From NCBI GenBank assembly GCA_965249575.1, contig OZ252244.1, forward strand, positions 2,752,001 to 2,816,000: 64,000 nucleotides of DNA, written 5' to 3'. Below are positions 1 to 9,734 of the stretch, in pieces (the first letter of the stretch is position 1; each line of letters opens with the position of its first letter). Position numbers and translations under genes: made by a program. The stretch comes from Gemmatimonadales bacterium (lineage in GTDB: Bacteria > Gemmatimonadota > Gemmatimonadetes > Gemmatimonadales > GWC2-71-9). Below the pieces are notes generated by a model. It searched no databases. It was not told the DNA's origin and was given only the letters and a program-made list of their open reading frames with translations.

Positions 1-368
1 TCACGCCCAGCTTGTAGTAGGTCTCGATCATGTCGAGATCGCGCTCCAGGCACCGGAACCCTTCCAGGTGCAAGCCGACCGCAAGCTTCCCATCATTTTT
101 CGCCGTGAGGATATCGTCGACCGTGTTGACGAGCACGTACCGGTCCGGAGCGCTCAGCACGTGGTGGTGGCAGCGGGCAATCCTCCGCATCGTCGCCGAC
201 GTTGTGCCGATCACCGGCGGGATGCACGGATAGGAAGTTGACTCCGGCCGCCTGCCATCTGGGGAAGAGCCGATAATCGTTCTCTAGATTGGGCTCATAG
301 ACGAAGACCATGTCCCAGACCAGCGCGTCTTCGTGGAGGGCGGCGGCCCGCCAAGAGACGTTGCTCAT
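1..368 (-). pseudogene. Membrane dipeptidase (M19) family, frameshifted near 190, runs off window edge
   Basis: N-terminus MSNVSWRAAALHEDALVWD; a second frame gives VLVNTVDDILTAKNDGKLAVGLHLEGFRCLERDLDMIETYYKLGV, typical of M19 dipeptidases. Confidence 0.7.
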
Positions 369-370
369 CG

Positions 371-1132
371 TTACTGCTCCCACTCGACGTTCCCGTCCAC
401 CGCGATCACTTGCCCCGTCACGTGGCACGCCTGGTCGGAGGCCAGGAACACGGCCATGTTGGCGATGTCTTGGGGCTCCACCTTGCTGCGCATAGAGATG
501 AACCTGAGGAAGTCCGCTTCCACGTCGTCAACGGAGCGCCCTTCCTGGTCGGCGATGCGCTGGACGATCGTCTGCATGCGGGGGTTGTTGACCATGCCCG
601 GCTGGATCGTGTTGGCGCGAACGTTATATGGGCCCAGCTCGCGGGCGATTGTCTTGGTGAGTCCCTCGACACCCCATTTCGAAACGTTGTAGACGGATCG
701 GTTGATGGGCAGCGTGCGGACGCTTCCGGTGGAGATGTTGACGATCGACCCATCCCGTCTGGCCTTCATGCCGGGGGCGACCTGCTTGATCCAGTTGAAC
801 GGCCCGTACAGGTTGACCCGGAGCGTGCGTTCCCACTCGTCGTCCGGCATTTCTTCCACCGGCGCCCGGGGCCCCGGGATGGCGGCATCGTTTACCAGGA
901 CGTCCACCTGCCCCATGGAGTCGACGGCTTCCAGCATGCCTCGTGCGACGGAGGCAGGAACTGCGACGTCGCCGGCCGTCCCTCCGAACTCGGGATGCGC
1001 GCGGAGAGTGTCGGCCATCGCGTCTGCGTTGATGTCGAAGATGTGCACGCGATAGCCGCTGGCTGCGAATCGCTGCGCGATTGCGAGGCCGATGCCACTG
1101 GCCCCACCCGTGACGACGACGTTCCGTGGCAT
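371..1132 (-). CDS. SDR family NAD(P)-dependent oxidoreductase
   Basis: TGGASGIG Rossmann motif, YNVSK catalytic motif, VTGQVIAVDG C-terminus. Confidence 0.92.
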   Translation of the reverse strand: MPRNVVVTGGASGIGLAIAQRFAASGYRVHIFDINADAMADTLRAHPEFGGTAGDVAVPASVARGMLEAVDSMGQVDVLVNDAAIPGPRAPVEEMPDDEWERTLRVNLYGPFNWIKQVAPGMKARRDGSIVNISTGSVRTLPINRSVYNVSKWGVEGLTKTIARELGPYNVRANTIQPGMVNNPRMQTIVQRIADQEGRSVDDVEADFLRFISMRSKVEPQDIANMAVFLASDQACHVTGQVIAVDGNVEWEQ

Positions 1133-1235
1133 TCCTACCTCGGTGGGCTCGCCGGCGATCGGGCCGGCGCTGGTTTGGGTGCGGGGATCTCCCCGAGCAG
1201 GAGTCGCGCTCGGTCGCCTTCAGGGATCGCGGATC

Positions 1236-1454
1236 TCATGCTTCCCAGACGTCGAATAGAAGCCACAACACTCCCGCAAGCGAAGCAACCAAGGCCCACA
1301 AACTCCATCCAACGCGACTAGCAGCCCCCCGCGCCTCCCCAATCTCTTCACCTAGCCAATCGGCCGCGTCTTGGGTCGTGAGTTCAGTACCGGAAGGAGC
1401 CGGTTCTTCATGCATGTGTTCAGGTCCTCCAGGCTGGAATGCAACCCTATTCAA
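1236..1454 (-). CDS. Hypothetical small protein with C-terminal TM helix
   Basis: 72-aa ORF overlapping the stop of the upstream ORF; hydrophobic C-terminus. Confidence 0.35.
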   Translation of the reverse strand: MNRVAFQPGGPEHMHEEPAPSGTELTTQDAADWLGEEIGEARGAASRVGWSLWALVASLAGVLWLLFDVWEA

Positions 1455-1761
1455 CTAGGGCCTCTAACCAGTCGGAAAGCTGAGTCCGGCGTGCCGGCTC
1501 CTCCATCCATCCCAGGTCCAGTCGGTCAGTTCCTCTAAACCAGGGCCCCAAGATCTCTTCCCAATTGGCGGCCAGCGAGGGCACCACTTCGTTCAACATC
1601 TCATCATATCGCCTTCCATCAGCCTGCCCCGGATCAGGAAGTTGCTCGCGTGGGGCGTTGGGGAAGTAGACCTGGCTCCAGAATTCGGGGTCGATAAGTC
1701 GAATGATCGTGGCTAGCCGATCTGCTACACCATCGGCTCTCGCTCCAGCGCTCGACGGCAA
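1447..1761 (-). CDS. Hypothetical protein
   Basis: 104-aa ORF with protein-like composition; start uncertain. Confidence 0.35.
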   Translation of the reverse strand: MPSSAGARADGVADRLATIIRLIDPEFWSQVYFPNAPREQLPDPGQADGRRYDEMLNEVVPSLAANWEEILGPWFRGTDRLDLGWMEEPARRTQLSDWLEALVE

Positions 1762-1922
1762 CGATCCCTAAACCACACAGCGGCCAACACGGCCCGGTGA
1801 GCAGGTCGGATGGAGATATCCATCCAGGCCGGATTGCCCTCCAGCCACCGGACAGGGACCCGGAGCGTCGCAGAGAGTGCTCCCCGTAGGGAGCGGCGAC
1901 ATCGCTTTCCCTTCTGCACAAG

Positions 1923-2471
1923 ATGGTGCAATCCTTGCTTTTCGGCGTTCACACCCCTTTTCCGTACTGCTGCCGCGATCTCTTCGAGAGATCGACGCCT
2001 GGAGGACCTGGACGTCCACCGTCCGAGCTGCGCGCTAGGCTCCGAGGCAGCTTCGAGGAGCGGGCTCACGTACTGGAGGATATCGCCTCTGACCCGGATG
2101 CCTCGCCGTCCGAGCGGATTAAAGCGCTGGAACTCATGCTTCGGTACGGTCTGGGCACGCAGACTGAGCACGAGGTTCGGACTCCAGGTGTCTCATACAC
2201 CTCTCCCGAGGAATTGGAGAAGAAGCTCCGGGAAGCGCTTCGGGACCCGGGAGTAAGGAAATGGCTGGATACAGAGGAACCCGAGGTCAAGGCGTCTTTG
2301 CGGGCCACGATGCGCGAGGGCGTTGAGGATGATGAGATCCAGGATGCTGACTTCGAAGTCATATCAGAGGGTGAGTCTGTCCTCCCCGGAGGGGGCTGGA
2401 CCAATGACCCACGACGCGAAGAGGACGCCCCCTCCAGCCCAACTGACATTCCCTGCTCAGCTAGCCGATAG
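1923..2471 (+). CDS. Phage-like hypothetical protein, terminase-small-subunit-like
   Basis: PGGPGRPPSELRARL...ASPSERIKALELMLRYGLG resembles TerS-type motifs; acidic tail; start uncertain. Confidence 0.4.
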   Translation: MVQSLLFGVHTPFPYCCRDLFERSTPGGPGRPPSELRARLRGSFEERAHVLEDIASDPDASPSERIKALELMLRYGLGTQTEHEVRTPGVSYTSPEELEKKLREALRDPGVRKWLDTEEPEVKASLRATMREGVEDDEIQDADFEVISEGESVLPGGGWTNDPRREEDAPSSPTDIPCSASR

Positions 2472-2796
2472 TTGGCGGGACGATGCAAGAATCCTCCGCA
2501 GCCGGGGCGCCCCAGGTCATGCGGACGTGCTGGAGAGTTGTGCGCAGGAGTTGCAGGCGAGACAAGAGGAACACTTCCTGGAGGCACTTCCCCTGAGCCA
2601 GGCAGCGAAGGAGGTGGGGTACTCCTACTCTGCCCTGCAGAAGGTGGTGGCTGAGGGAAAGAACCCTAACGTCGGCAAGAGGAACGCTCCGCGCATCCGA
2701 CGGGGCGATCTGCCTCAAAAGGCTGGGCGGCTATCTGGGGGACCAGTGGACAACCAGTCTGACCTGGCAGAAAGATTTATGAGGCGGGACGGATAG
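2404..2796 (+). CDS. Excisionase-like HTH protein
   Basis: LPLSQAAKEVGYSYSALQKVVAEGK...PRIRRGDL, Xis/MerR-like HTH-wing pattern upstream of an integrase. Confidence 0.6.
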   Translation: MTHDAKRTPPPAQLTFPAQLADSWRDDARILRSRGAPGHADVLESCAQELQARQEEHFLEALPLSQAAKEVGYSYSALQKVVAEGKNPNVGKRNAPRIRRGDLPQKAGRLSGGPVDNQSDLAERFMRRDG

Positions 2797-2837
2797 GCGC
2801 ATTTGCATCTTAACGGGTATGTGCGGATATTCTGCAC

Positions 2838-3086
2838 ATGCCCAGGATGCTCGAAGCAGGCTTCTTGAGGGTCCTCGAAACGGTTACAACGCTCCCCAGC
2901 GACGTTGCTGCCGGAATTGGCAAGGCATATCGCACACTGCAGGCCTATCGAGAAGGGAGCCGCCCGGTGACTCTCGATTCGGCCAAGGCATTGTCGCGGT
3001 ATGCACGTCAGCAAGCAAAACGGATTCTCAAGGCAGCAGACGCGCTGGATCGAACCATCACAAGAGAGGAGGATCGAAATGACTAA
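2838..3086 (+). CDS. XRE/Cro-like HTH regulator
   Basis: SDVAAGIGKAYRTLQAYREGSRPVT HTH pattern; stop overlaps the integrase start. Confidence 0.6.
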   Translation: MPRMLEAGFLRVLETVTTLPSDVAAGIGKAYRTLQAYREGSRPVTLDSAKALSRYARQQAKRILKAADALDRTITREEDRND

Positions 3087-4332
3087 GAAGCGAAAACGAA
3101 GAAGGAAGCTCTGGTGCTATGCGGTGGGCGACCGAGGCTACACAGTCACGGTGTATGAGCGGTCACCAGGTGGCCTGCTGTACGCGCGAGCCTGGGATCG
3201 CAGCGTTGCTGGTGGTAAGGGTGGCTGGAGGCGTATGAGCTTAGGGCATCGAGACAGGGAATCCGCGACGCGCTACGCCCTGCGTCAGGCCGCCAAACTT
3301 CGGGAAGGAACAGCCGAAGTCACAAATTCCAAGCCGAAGCTTTCACGCCTCATTGGCCTGTACGTTGAACACCGGACTCCTCGAAAGCGTTCAGGGGAAC
3401 AGCAGGCTGATCGTCGGCGGGCGGAGCTTTGGACCCGCTGGCTCGGCGCCGAGAAAGATCCACACAAGGTCTCTCTCAACGAGTGGGAGTCATTTGCCGA
3501 TGCGCGACGGGCCGGCAGGATTGATGCAAGGGGCCGGCACGTGGGTGAGGGACGACAGAAGCCGGTGCGGGATAGGACGGTTGAAGCCGACCTCGTTTGG
3601 CTCAAGCTCGTGCTCAATTGGGGCACCAAGTGGCGTGATCGGAATGGCCACTATGTCCTTCGCGAGAATCCCGTGCGTGGTTACGAAATCCCCACGGAAA
3701 GGAATGTCCGGCGTCCGGTTGCCACAAAGGACCGATATGAGGCCATTCGTGCAGTCTCCGACCAAGTGGCTATGGAGGTTCGTTGGGATGGCCACCGGCG
3801 AGTTCGACAAAGCTACCTGCGTGAGCTGCTGGATATTGTGAATGGAACGGGCCGTCGGATCTCGGCCGTTTGCTCGCTGCAATACGACGACTTGCTGCTG
3901 AATGCAGGGCCACACGGAGCGATTCGGTGGCGGGCCGACGCCGACAAGACCGGGCGTGAGACAACTGTGCCCATCTCTCAGCTGGTGCGTACCGCTCTCG
4001 ATCGGATTCTGAGAGACCGCCCCGGGGTTGGTGCAGCGTTTCTTTTTCCGTCACCGGGCGATCCAACGCGCCCGATACGGCGTGAATTAGCGTCCGCATG
4101 GCTACGCCGTGCCGAGCAGCTCGCTGGTGTGCCCAAGCTGGCTGGCGGGCAGTGGCACCTGTATCGCCGCAAGTGGGCAACAGAGCGGAAGCACTGGCCT
4201 GATATCGACGTCGCTGCAGCCGGTGGCTGGACGGAGTTGGCGAGCCTCAAGAAGGCCTATCAGCAGGCCGACGAGGCGACTATGTTGAAAGTTGTGCTTG
4301 AAGCTGGACAGCTGAGGGAGCAGCAAGCATGA
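3079..4332 (+). CDS. Tyrosine recombinase/integrase
   Basis: Catalytic set R (TGRRISAV), K (DKTG), HxxR (WHLYRR), W (AGGW), Y (KAYQQ); GGAGG RBS upstream. Confidence 0.9.
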   Translation: MTKKRKRRRKLWCYAVGDRGYTVTVYERSPGGLLYARAWDRSVAGGKGGWRRMSLGHRDRESATRYALRQAAKLREGTAEVTNSKPKLSRLIGLYVEHRTPRKRSGEQQADRRRAELWTRWLGAEKDPHKVSLNEWESFADARRAGRIDARGRHVGEGRQKPVRDRTVEADLVWLKLVLNWGTKWRDRNGHYVLRENPVRGYEIPTERNVRRPVATKDRYEAIRAVSDQVAMEVRWDGHRRVRQSYLRELLDIVNGTGRRISAVCSLQYDDLLLNAGPHGAIRWRADADKTGRETTVPISQLVRTALDRILRDRPGVGAAFLFPSPGDPTRPIRRELASAWLRRAEQLAGVPKLAGGQWHLYRRKWATERKHWPDIDVAAAGGWTELASLKKAYQQADEATMLKVVLEAGQLREQQA

Positions 4333-4428
4333 AGGGGCCGAACGTGCACACTTCCGTGCACACTCCGGGTTTGTACCTGGAGCCGGTCCGTAGGCAAGTT
4401 GTTTTTGCCAAGAGGTTTAGCTACGCAT

Positions 4429-4502
4429 CGGGACGTAGCGCAGTCCGGTAGCGCACCTGAATGGGGTTCAGGGGGTCGCGGGTTCAAATCCCGCCGTCCC
4501 GA
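4429..4502 (+). tRNA. tRNA-Pro(GGG), CCA not encoded
   Basis: Full cloverleaf: acceptor CGGGACG/CGTCCCG, D stem GCGC/GCGC, anticodon stem CCTGA/TCAGG with loop ATGGGGT, T loop TTCAAAT. Confidence 0.96.
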
Positions 4503-4588
4503 TTGCTGAAAATCGTTACTCAGGAGCATCTTAGAAGATCGCCCGCCGCCCACGGCTCGATCGCGTGTCCCTGTTTGCGTACCCATGT

Positions 4589-5359
4589 TCAACGCGACCT
4601 GCGTATAACGACTTGCTTGAGATCCGCGGCAAGGTGAAACAAATGGGGAAACAACGTCGACTCCCGAATGCCGGCTCGACGGAGTTCCTGGGCCACCTGC
4701 CGCTTAGCATCCATTGGCATGACAAGCTTGATGAGGAATCGGTCGGCTTCCCGATGTTCGTTAAGCGGAGCCGGGGTGCCGTGGATGGTGAACGCCGATA
4801 GCTGCATCATCATTTTGGGATCGATTTCCTCCGTTACCAGAGCGAACACTTCTTTGTTGGGGGGGGAATGGAGCTTGACGCCAAACGCCGTTTCGATGAG
4901 GTCAATAGCGAAAAGATGCTGCGGCTGCAGAAGTTCCTCCGTTGCTCCCGATCCTAGCTTCGCCCCGTTGATCGCATTCATGAGAAATGGATCGATTGCC
5001 CCAATCGCCCCATCTTGAGCTGCCGTTGTAGAACCCGTCGCAGCGAAGTACGCAGAGACGAGGATCGACTCACTCCAATCCAACAAGCGAGTCGGTAGAC
5101 CGTGATGCTGCATCAGGAAGAGCCAGCGGGCGTACTCAGAACCAACTGGACAGTCAGGATATCTGCTAGGAGCGCGCTGCTGGAAGCGTCGAGTGATGTG
5201 CGTTTCGTAATCAGCACCCCGGTCCCTGATCCTGTGCACCTGAGGGACAAGATCCCACGCTTCGTTTCCTTGCCCGCGCCACCAAGGCTGATTCGCAAAA
5301 CGGGCGTGGACTTCACCCGAAGCCTTTACAATACTGGCAACGTCGACGAGTTCGATCAC
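4589..5359 (-). CDS. FRG domain-containing protein
   Basis: WWRGQ...WDLVP and MQHHGLPTRLLDWSES..AYFA signature; GIRESTLFP C-terminus. Confidence 0.9.
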   Translation of the reverse strand: MIELVDVASIVKASGEVHARFANQPWWRGQGNEAWDLVPQVHRIRDRGADYETHITRRFQQRAPSRYPDCPVGSEYARWLFLMQHHGLPTRLLDWSESILVSAYFAATGSTTAAQDGAIGAIDPFLMNAINGAKLGSGATEELLQPQHLFAIDLIETAFGVKLHSPPNKEVFALVTEEIDPKMMMQLSAFTIHGTPAPLNEHREADRFLIKLVMPMDAKRQVAQELRRAGIRESTLFPHLFHLAADLKQVVIRRSR

Positions 5360-5547
5360 ACGACTTCTCCGTCCGCATCGTAGAGCGTGAGCAGTGGGTC
5401 GCCGTCCGGTTTCGCCTGGAGCGTGGCGCGGATGTGGCGGTGCTCATCGCTACGAAACACTCGACCAGTTCCTAAGGTCCGGCACCACGGACCGGTCCCT
5501 GAAGGGCGCGGCCTTTCTCGCTGCTGAACCCGCGGTATCATTGGGCG

Positions 5548-7086
5548 ATGGCAGAGAGCGTCAGCCCGGAGTTCCTGGCACTTCAATCGGCCCTCGCCGG
5601 TCGGTACTCCCTCGAACGGGAGCTCGGTCGGGGCGGCATGGGCGTCGTCGTGCTGGCCCGGGATGTCGCCCTCGACCGGCTGGTTGCCATCAAGCTTCTC
5701 CCACCGATGCTCGCGATACGTGTCGGCCTGCGCGAGCAGTTCTTACTCGAGGCCCGGACGGCCGCCGGGCTCTCCCATCCCCACATCGTGCCGATCCACA
5801 CGGTGGAGGAGCACGGCGGTCTGGTCTTCTTCGTCATGGGCTACGTGGATGGAGAGACGTTGCGGGAACGCGTGAGTCGCACGGGACCCGTGAGTCCCAG
5901 GGTCGCGATGCGATTGCTGCAGGAGGTGGCGTGGGCGCTGACGTATGCCCACGACCACGGCATCGTCCATCGGGATGTGAAGCCCGACAATATCATGATT
6001 GAGCGGGCCTCCGGTCGGGCACTGGTCACGGATTTCGGTATCGCCCGCGTGCTGGATTCAGAGGATAACATGCCCAAGGGAGAGGTCATCGGCACCGCCC
6101 GGTACATGAGTCCGGAACAGGCGTCGGGGGACGAGGTGGATGCTCGGAGCGACCTGTACTCGCTGGGAGCGACGGCGTTTTTCGCGCTCACCGGGCGGGC
6201 GCCCTTCGAGGCGCCCAGTGTGCCCGCGCTCTTGGCGAAGCACGTGGTCGAGCCCGCGTCGCCGATGGCGTCGGTGAGGAAGGATCTCCCGCCCAAGCTC
6301 GCGGCGCTCGTGGATCGGTGTCTCGCAAAGGACTCGGCGGCACGGTTCCAGACCGGCAAGGACCTTGCCGAGGCGATCGGCGAACTGCGGGGGAGAGAGC
6401 TCAGGGCGCCGCCGTTGGTGCGCAATTTCGTCAGGAACGCTCAAGTCACGACTGCCGTGTTCATTACGGCCGGGCTGGTCGCGCACGGGATGGTCGTGCA
6501 CGTGCTGATGGTCATCCTCCTGGTCCAACTGCTCTCGGTGGCGCGCAGGCTGCTCCGCGAGGGGTATACGTTCAGGGATATCCGCGCGGCCCTCCTCGCG
6601 GAAGCCCGAGCCCAGGAAGAGGAAGCCGACGCCGCTGGTCAGCGCAAGTTCATGCGACGGCTCAATGGATTCTGGCACCGCATCTGGGCCAGCTGGTTCG
6701 GACGTTTCTTCTTCTGGCTGGCCGGCATCGGTGTGCGACGGCCAGCGCGGTTGGCGGTGCCGTCCACCGAGGCGACCGAAACGATCCTCGGCCGAGCCGC
6801 GGTGGAGCTGTACGAATCCCTGCCGGGCGATGTACGGACCCGGTTGCCGGGTGCCCGGAAGGTCATCCACCGGCTGGAGCACGACGCCGAGGAGCTTCGA
6901 AAGCTGGGTAGCGCGGACGGAACACTGGGTACTGCGGTTGCGGCCCTAGAGAGGGTGCGCGTAGAACTCCTGCGACTCCAGGCAGGAGAGGGATCGGTGG
7001 ACGATCTCACCGACATCCTCGCCCAGGCCCGCGACATCGGGGACCGAATCGACGCCGAGCTCGAGGCGAGGAGCGTAGAGCGATAA
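5548..7086 (+). CDS. Hanks-type Ser/Thr protein kinase with TM segments
   Basis: LGRGGMG, VAIK, HRDVKPDN, DFG, GTARYMSPEQ, RSDLYSLG. Confidence 0.93.
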   Translation: MAESVSPEFLALQSALAGRYSLERELGRGGMGVVVLARDVALDRLVAIKLLPPMLAIRVGLREQFLLEARTAAGLSHPHIVPIHTVEEHGGLVFFVMGYVDGETLRERVSRTGPVSPRVAMRLLQEVAWALTYAHDHGIVHRDVKPDNIMIERASGRALVTDFGIARVLDSEDNMPKGEVIGTARYMSPEQASGDEVDARSDLYSLGATAFFALTGRAPFEAPSVPALLAKHVVEPASPMASVRKDLPPKLAALVDRCLAKDSAARFQTGKDLAEAIGELRGRELRAPPLVRNFVRNAQVTTAVFITAGLVAHGMVVHVLMVILLVQLLSVARRLLREGYTFRDIRAALLAEARAQEEEADAAGQRKFMRRLNGFWHRIWASWFGRFFFWLAGIGVRRPARLAVPSTEATETILGRAAVELYESLPGDVRTRLPGARKVIHRLEHDAEELRKLGSADGTLGTAVAALERVRVELLRLQAGEGSVDDLTDILAQARDIGDRIDAELEARSVER

Positions 7087-7139
7087 GCGATTGGTGCGGT
7101 ATCGACGCCCGCAACTCAACGGCCTTCTGAAAATCTCAA

Positions 7140-7305
7140 GCTCGCACGTAGCACCGGCGCCCACACGATCGCGAAAGTTCGGTCTGAACTCGACGCCACG
7201 CGGGGTGAACTCGAGGCCGTGCGGGGGGAACTTGTAGAGGTCCATGAGCGCCTGGACTTCACGGAGCGTCTGCTAGCTCGAAGCTCGGACGTCCGCCCCT
7301 CTTAG
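7140..7305 (+). pseudogene. C-terminal fragment of a small coiled-coil protein
   Basis: ...ELEAVRGELVEVHERLDFTERLLARS*; no start visible. Confidence 0.35.
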
Positions 7306-7338
7306 AGACACCGATTCATAACGAGGGGGTGTGTGCCG

Positions 7339-7422
7339 GTGACACAGCGCACGACCGACGCAGGATACTCGAAAGAAGAGGCCGGCCGCATTCGCGAGCA
7401 GGCGCGCACTGGCAGATGGTAG
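7339..7422 (+). pseudogene. Truncated copy A of the small Zn-ribbon protein family
   Basis: VTQRTTDAGYSKEEAGRIRE matches the N-termini at 17704 and 39948, with a similar upstream GGGTGTG..CGGTGAC context. Confidence 0.6.
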
Positions 7423-7435
7423 TCGGTCTAGAACA

Positions 7436-7963
7436 ATGACGCGGCGAGTTGCGACTGGGCCGCACGTTTTCCTCCGCCCGCCTACTGTGCGAGACGGTTT
7501 ACGGCTTCTCGAATCAGTAGGTCGCAGCCGTGGCCTTCACCGGCCGTGGGTGTATCCTCCCGATTCTCTAACAACCTTTCGTAAGTACCTTCACGGCAGT
7601 CGCCGGATTGATCAGGCGTGCTTTCTAATATGCATGCGGGATCATGGGGAATTGGCTGGTGTCGTCAATTTGTCGGAGATGGTACGCGGCAGCTTTCAGA
7701 GTGCATACCTGGGCTTCTACGCAATGGAGGGTTACCAAGGTCATGGCTACCTCACGGAGGCAGTGAAGCTGGTGCTGCGGCATGCATTTCGGAGGTTAAA
7801 ACTCCACCGAGTTGAAGCCAATATTCAACCGGTCAATAGCAAGTCGAGGCAGCTCCTCAGGCGCTGCGGTTTCCGCCGCGAGGGTTTCTCACCTCGGTAT
7901 TTGAAGATCGGCGGTCGTTGGCGGGATCATGAGCGTTGGGCAATTCTTGCTGATGCGCGATGA
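7436..7963 (+). CDS. GNAT N-acetyltransferase, RimJ/RimL family
   Basis: FQSAYLGFY, QGHGYLTEAV, LHRVEANIQPVN, GFRREG, WRDHERWA. Confidence 0.9.
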   Translation: MTRRVATGPHVFLRPPTVRDGLRLLESVGRSRGLHRPWVYPPDSLTTFRKYLHGSRRIDQACFLICMRDHGELAGVVNLSEMVRGSFQSAYLGFYAMEGYQGHGYLTEAVKLVLRHAFRRLKLHRVEANIQPVNSKSRQLLRRCGFRREGFSPRYLKIGGRWRDHERWAILADAR

Positions 7964-7977
7964 GCACGCCCGCTACG

Positions 7978-8058
7978 TGAATAACCGGGAAGATAGGTAA
8001 CAGATAGACTGGGATATGGGTAACAGTTACTCCCGGCCTTTGCGAAGTCGATTGCGGT
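7978..8058. mobile_element. Orphan IS481-like terminal repeat, copy 1
   Basis: TGAATAACCGGGAAGATAGGTAACAG..CTGGGATATGGGTAACAG with internal tandem sub-repeats; 74 bp shared with 37998-38071 (7 mismatches). Confidence 0.6.
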
Positions 8059-8188
8059 CTTGCGTGCCGCTTGTGGGCGGGCCGTTAGGAAGCGACGCAA
8101 GATGTCGATCGTGCGTGCCGTCTACGGCGATAGCGGACCCGCGAGGGGGGTCGGACATCGGCGACGCCGCCCACTATTAGTTAGCCGG

Positions 8189-8581
8189 ATGCAAAAGAAG
8201 ACCATCAGACGCTTATCCTTCGCGCTCGGCACCTCAGCTGTCGTGCTCATGCTGGCTTTGTTCTTCGTGCCGGACTACCGAGGGTTGGATAGTCCGGAGA
8301 ACATGTACAGCGTGTTCGTCACGGGACAGTTGATGCGGCTGGCGCGGGCCCAGGCAGCCTACTACGCCGCGCACAGACGCTACAGCCTCACGCTCGACTC
8401 CCTCGAAGACTGGGGTCGCCATGAGTACATCGACCTACGCATCGAGGCAGCTGATTCGACGGGGTGGCGCGGCACCGGTACGTATCCTCCCCGGTCGATC
8501 CGCTGCGAGCTTCACATTGCTTCTCCCGGCGACGCACCGCCAACGTTCCAAGAGATTGCGCAGGAGTGTGTGCTGCATTGA
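8189..8581 (+). CDS. Hypothetical membrane-anchored protein, pilin-like
   Basis: N-terminal TM helix then LARAQAAYYAAHRRY...ADSTGWRGTG...C..C. Confidence 0.5.
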   Translation: MQKKTIRRLSFALGTSAVVLMLALFFVPDYRGLDSPENMYSVFVTGQLMRLARAQAAYYAAHRRYSLTLDSLEDWGRHEYIDLRIEAADSTGWRGTGTYPPRSIRCELHIASPGDAPPTFQEIAQECVLH

Positions 8582-8652
8582 GCCCCTGCGGTCGGGCGCT
8601 GCGCGTGTAGGCAACTGGGATCAGGGTCCCTTTTGGGCCCGCTCAGCCGGAG

Positions 8653-8967
8653 TCATAGTTCGGCGATGAGGCTGCAAGCGCCCTCCATCGACGCAGCATC
8701 AATGCTTGCTCTGACAGCGCGCCATGGTTCCTCCGCGATGTCCTCGACGCTTCCGCCCACCTGATCAACGGGCGGACCGGCGTCCAAGAAAACCGTGACA
8801 CGTACCGTCTTGAACTCGAGAGGCTGACATTGGAGAAGGCTACGGATCACTTCGCGGTTCCAGGGCTCCCCATCTTCGTCCTGCATCACGAACCGCTCGG
8901 TCTGGTACCGCACTGCGTAAGTGTTCGGTTCGGGTCCCTCGGCGACATTGGCGACGTCAAGTGACAC
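8653..8967 (-). CDS. Hypothetical protein, probably a fragment
   Basis: 104-aa ORF with protein-like composition. Confidence 0.3.
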   Translation of the reverse strand: MSLDVANVAEGPEPNTYAVRYQTERFVMQDEDGEPWNREVIRSLLQCQPLEFKTVRVTVFLDAGPPVDQVGGSVEDIAEEPWRAVRASIDAASMEGACSLIAEL

Positions 8968-9178
8968 TGCGACTCAGAGCTAGACGCATTGTGTCGATGG
9001 CGCGCATGTCGGGCATCATGAGGTCGACGATAACGAGATCTGCCGGCTTCTCGTGATAGAGCTTAGCCGCAAGCATCGCATCTGTCGCTTCGCTGATGTC
9101 GTGCGCCTCGCGCTTGAGAATCTTGCGCAGCGTGGCACGCGCCAACTCGTCGGTAGCTACTAGGAGAATACGAGCCAC
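8957..9178 (-). pseudogene. Truncated response-regulator receiver domain
   Basis: ARILLVATDELARATL...PADLVIVDLMMPDM; acidic pocket degenerate and C-terminal half missing. Confidence 0.7.
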
Positions 9179-9513
9179 GGCCTTATCACCCTGCGCTGCA
9201 TGACAAGCATTTGCCTACGCAGCCAAATCACGGGCGGTACCAAGGACTCCATGAGATGCCTTTGTTCGAGCCCTCGCCGAACTTAGTTCCGCCAACACTT
9301 TTCACCAACTGCCGCCGCGAAATGCGACCAGGACCGGACTCAGCGGCAAAGGACCGATAGTCGAGTTCAGTCGGTTCGCGGAGTTTTCCGGAGAGGCGAC
9401 AGCGATTGCTGCCGAACTGGCCGAAATCGGCCTCCCTATTCGCGCCAGCGATTGGGTGTGGGTGATGGGAAGTAGGCCAGGGGGAAGAGGGTTCCCTCCC
9501 TATAGGCGCGTTC

Positions 9514-9580
9514 AGCTACTCTGGCTGTCGCCTTCCCCAGGGTCTACTTTAGAGATGTCGGCAAACCGGGTAACGCGTGG
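9514..9580 (+). repeat. Kinase upstream (promoter-like) repeat, copy 1
   Basis: AGCTACTCTGGCTGTCGCC...TCTACTTTAG...GCGTGG nearly identical to 40974-41041, where the final GTG starts a kinase head. Confidence 0.75.
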
Positions 9581-9734
9581 GGGATGGTCGCCGTGGTCGA
9601 GGCCGCGTACAGCTGGATCAAGAAGGATTCACGCGCTCCGAATCTCTCGACGTCGTAGTTCAGCGAGGACAGCTTTTGGAGGCGCTGAAAGACCTCAGGG
9701 ATGTGGTCACGAGTTTGTTAGCGAGCGGGCGCAC

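Larger units (their letters stand above)
1923..4428 (+). mobile_element. Small integrative element or phage-satellite remnant abutting the 5' end of tRNA-Pro
   Basis: Co-oriented TerS-like, Xis-like HTH, XRE-like HTH and tyrosine integrase genes, then a 12-bp-period repeat CGTGCACACT x2 (4343-4364); left boundary not determined. Confidence 0.6.
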
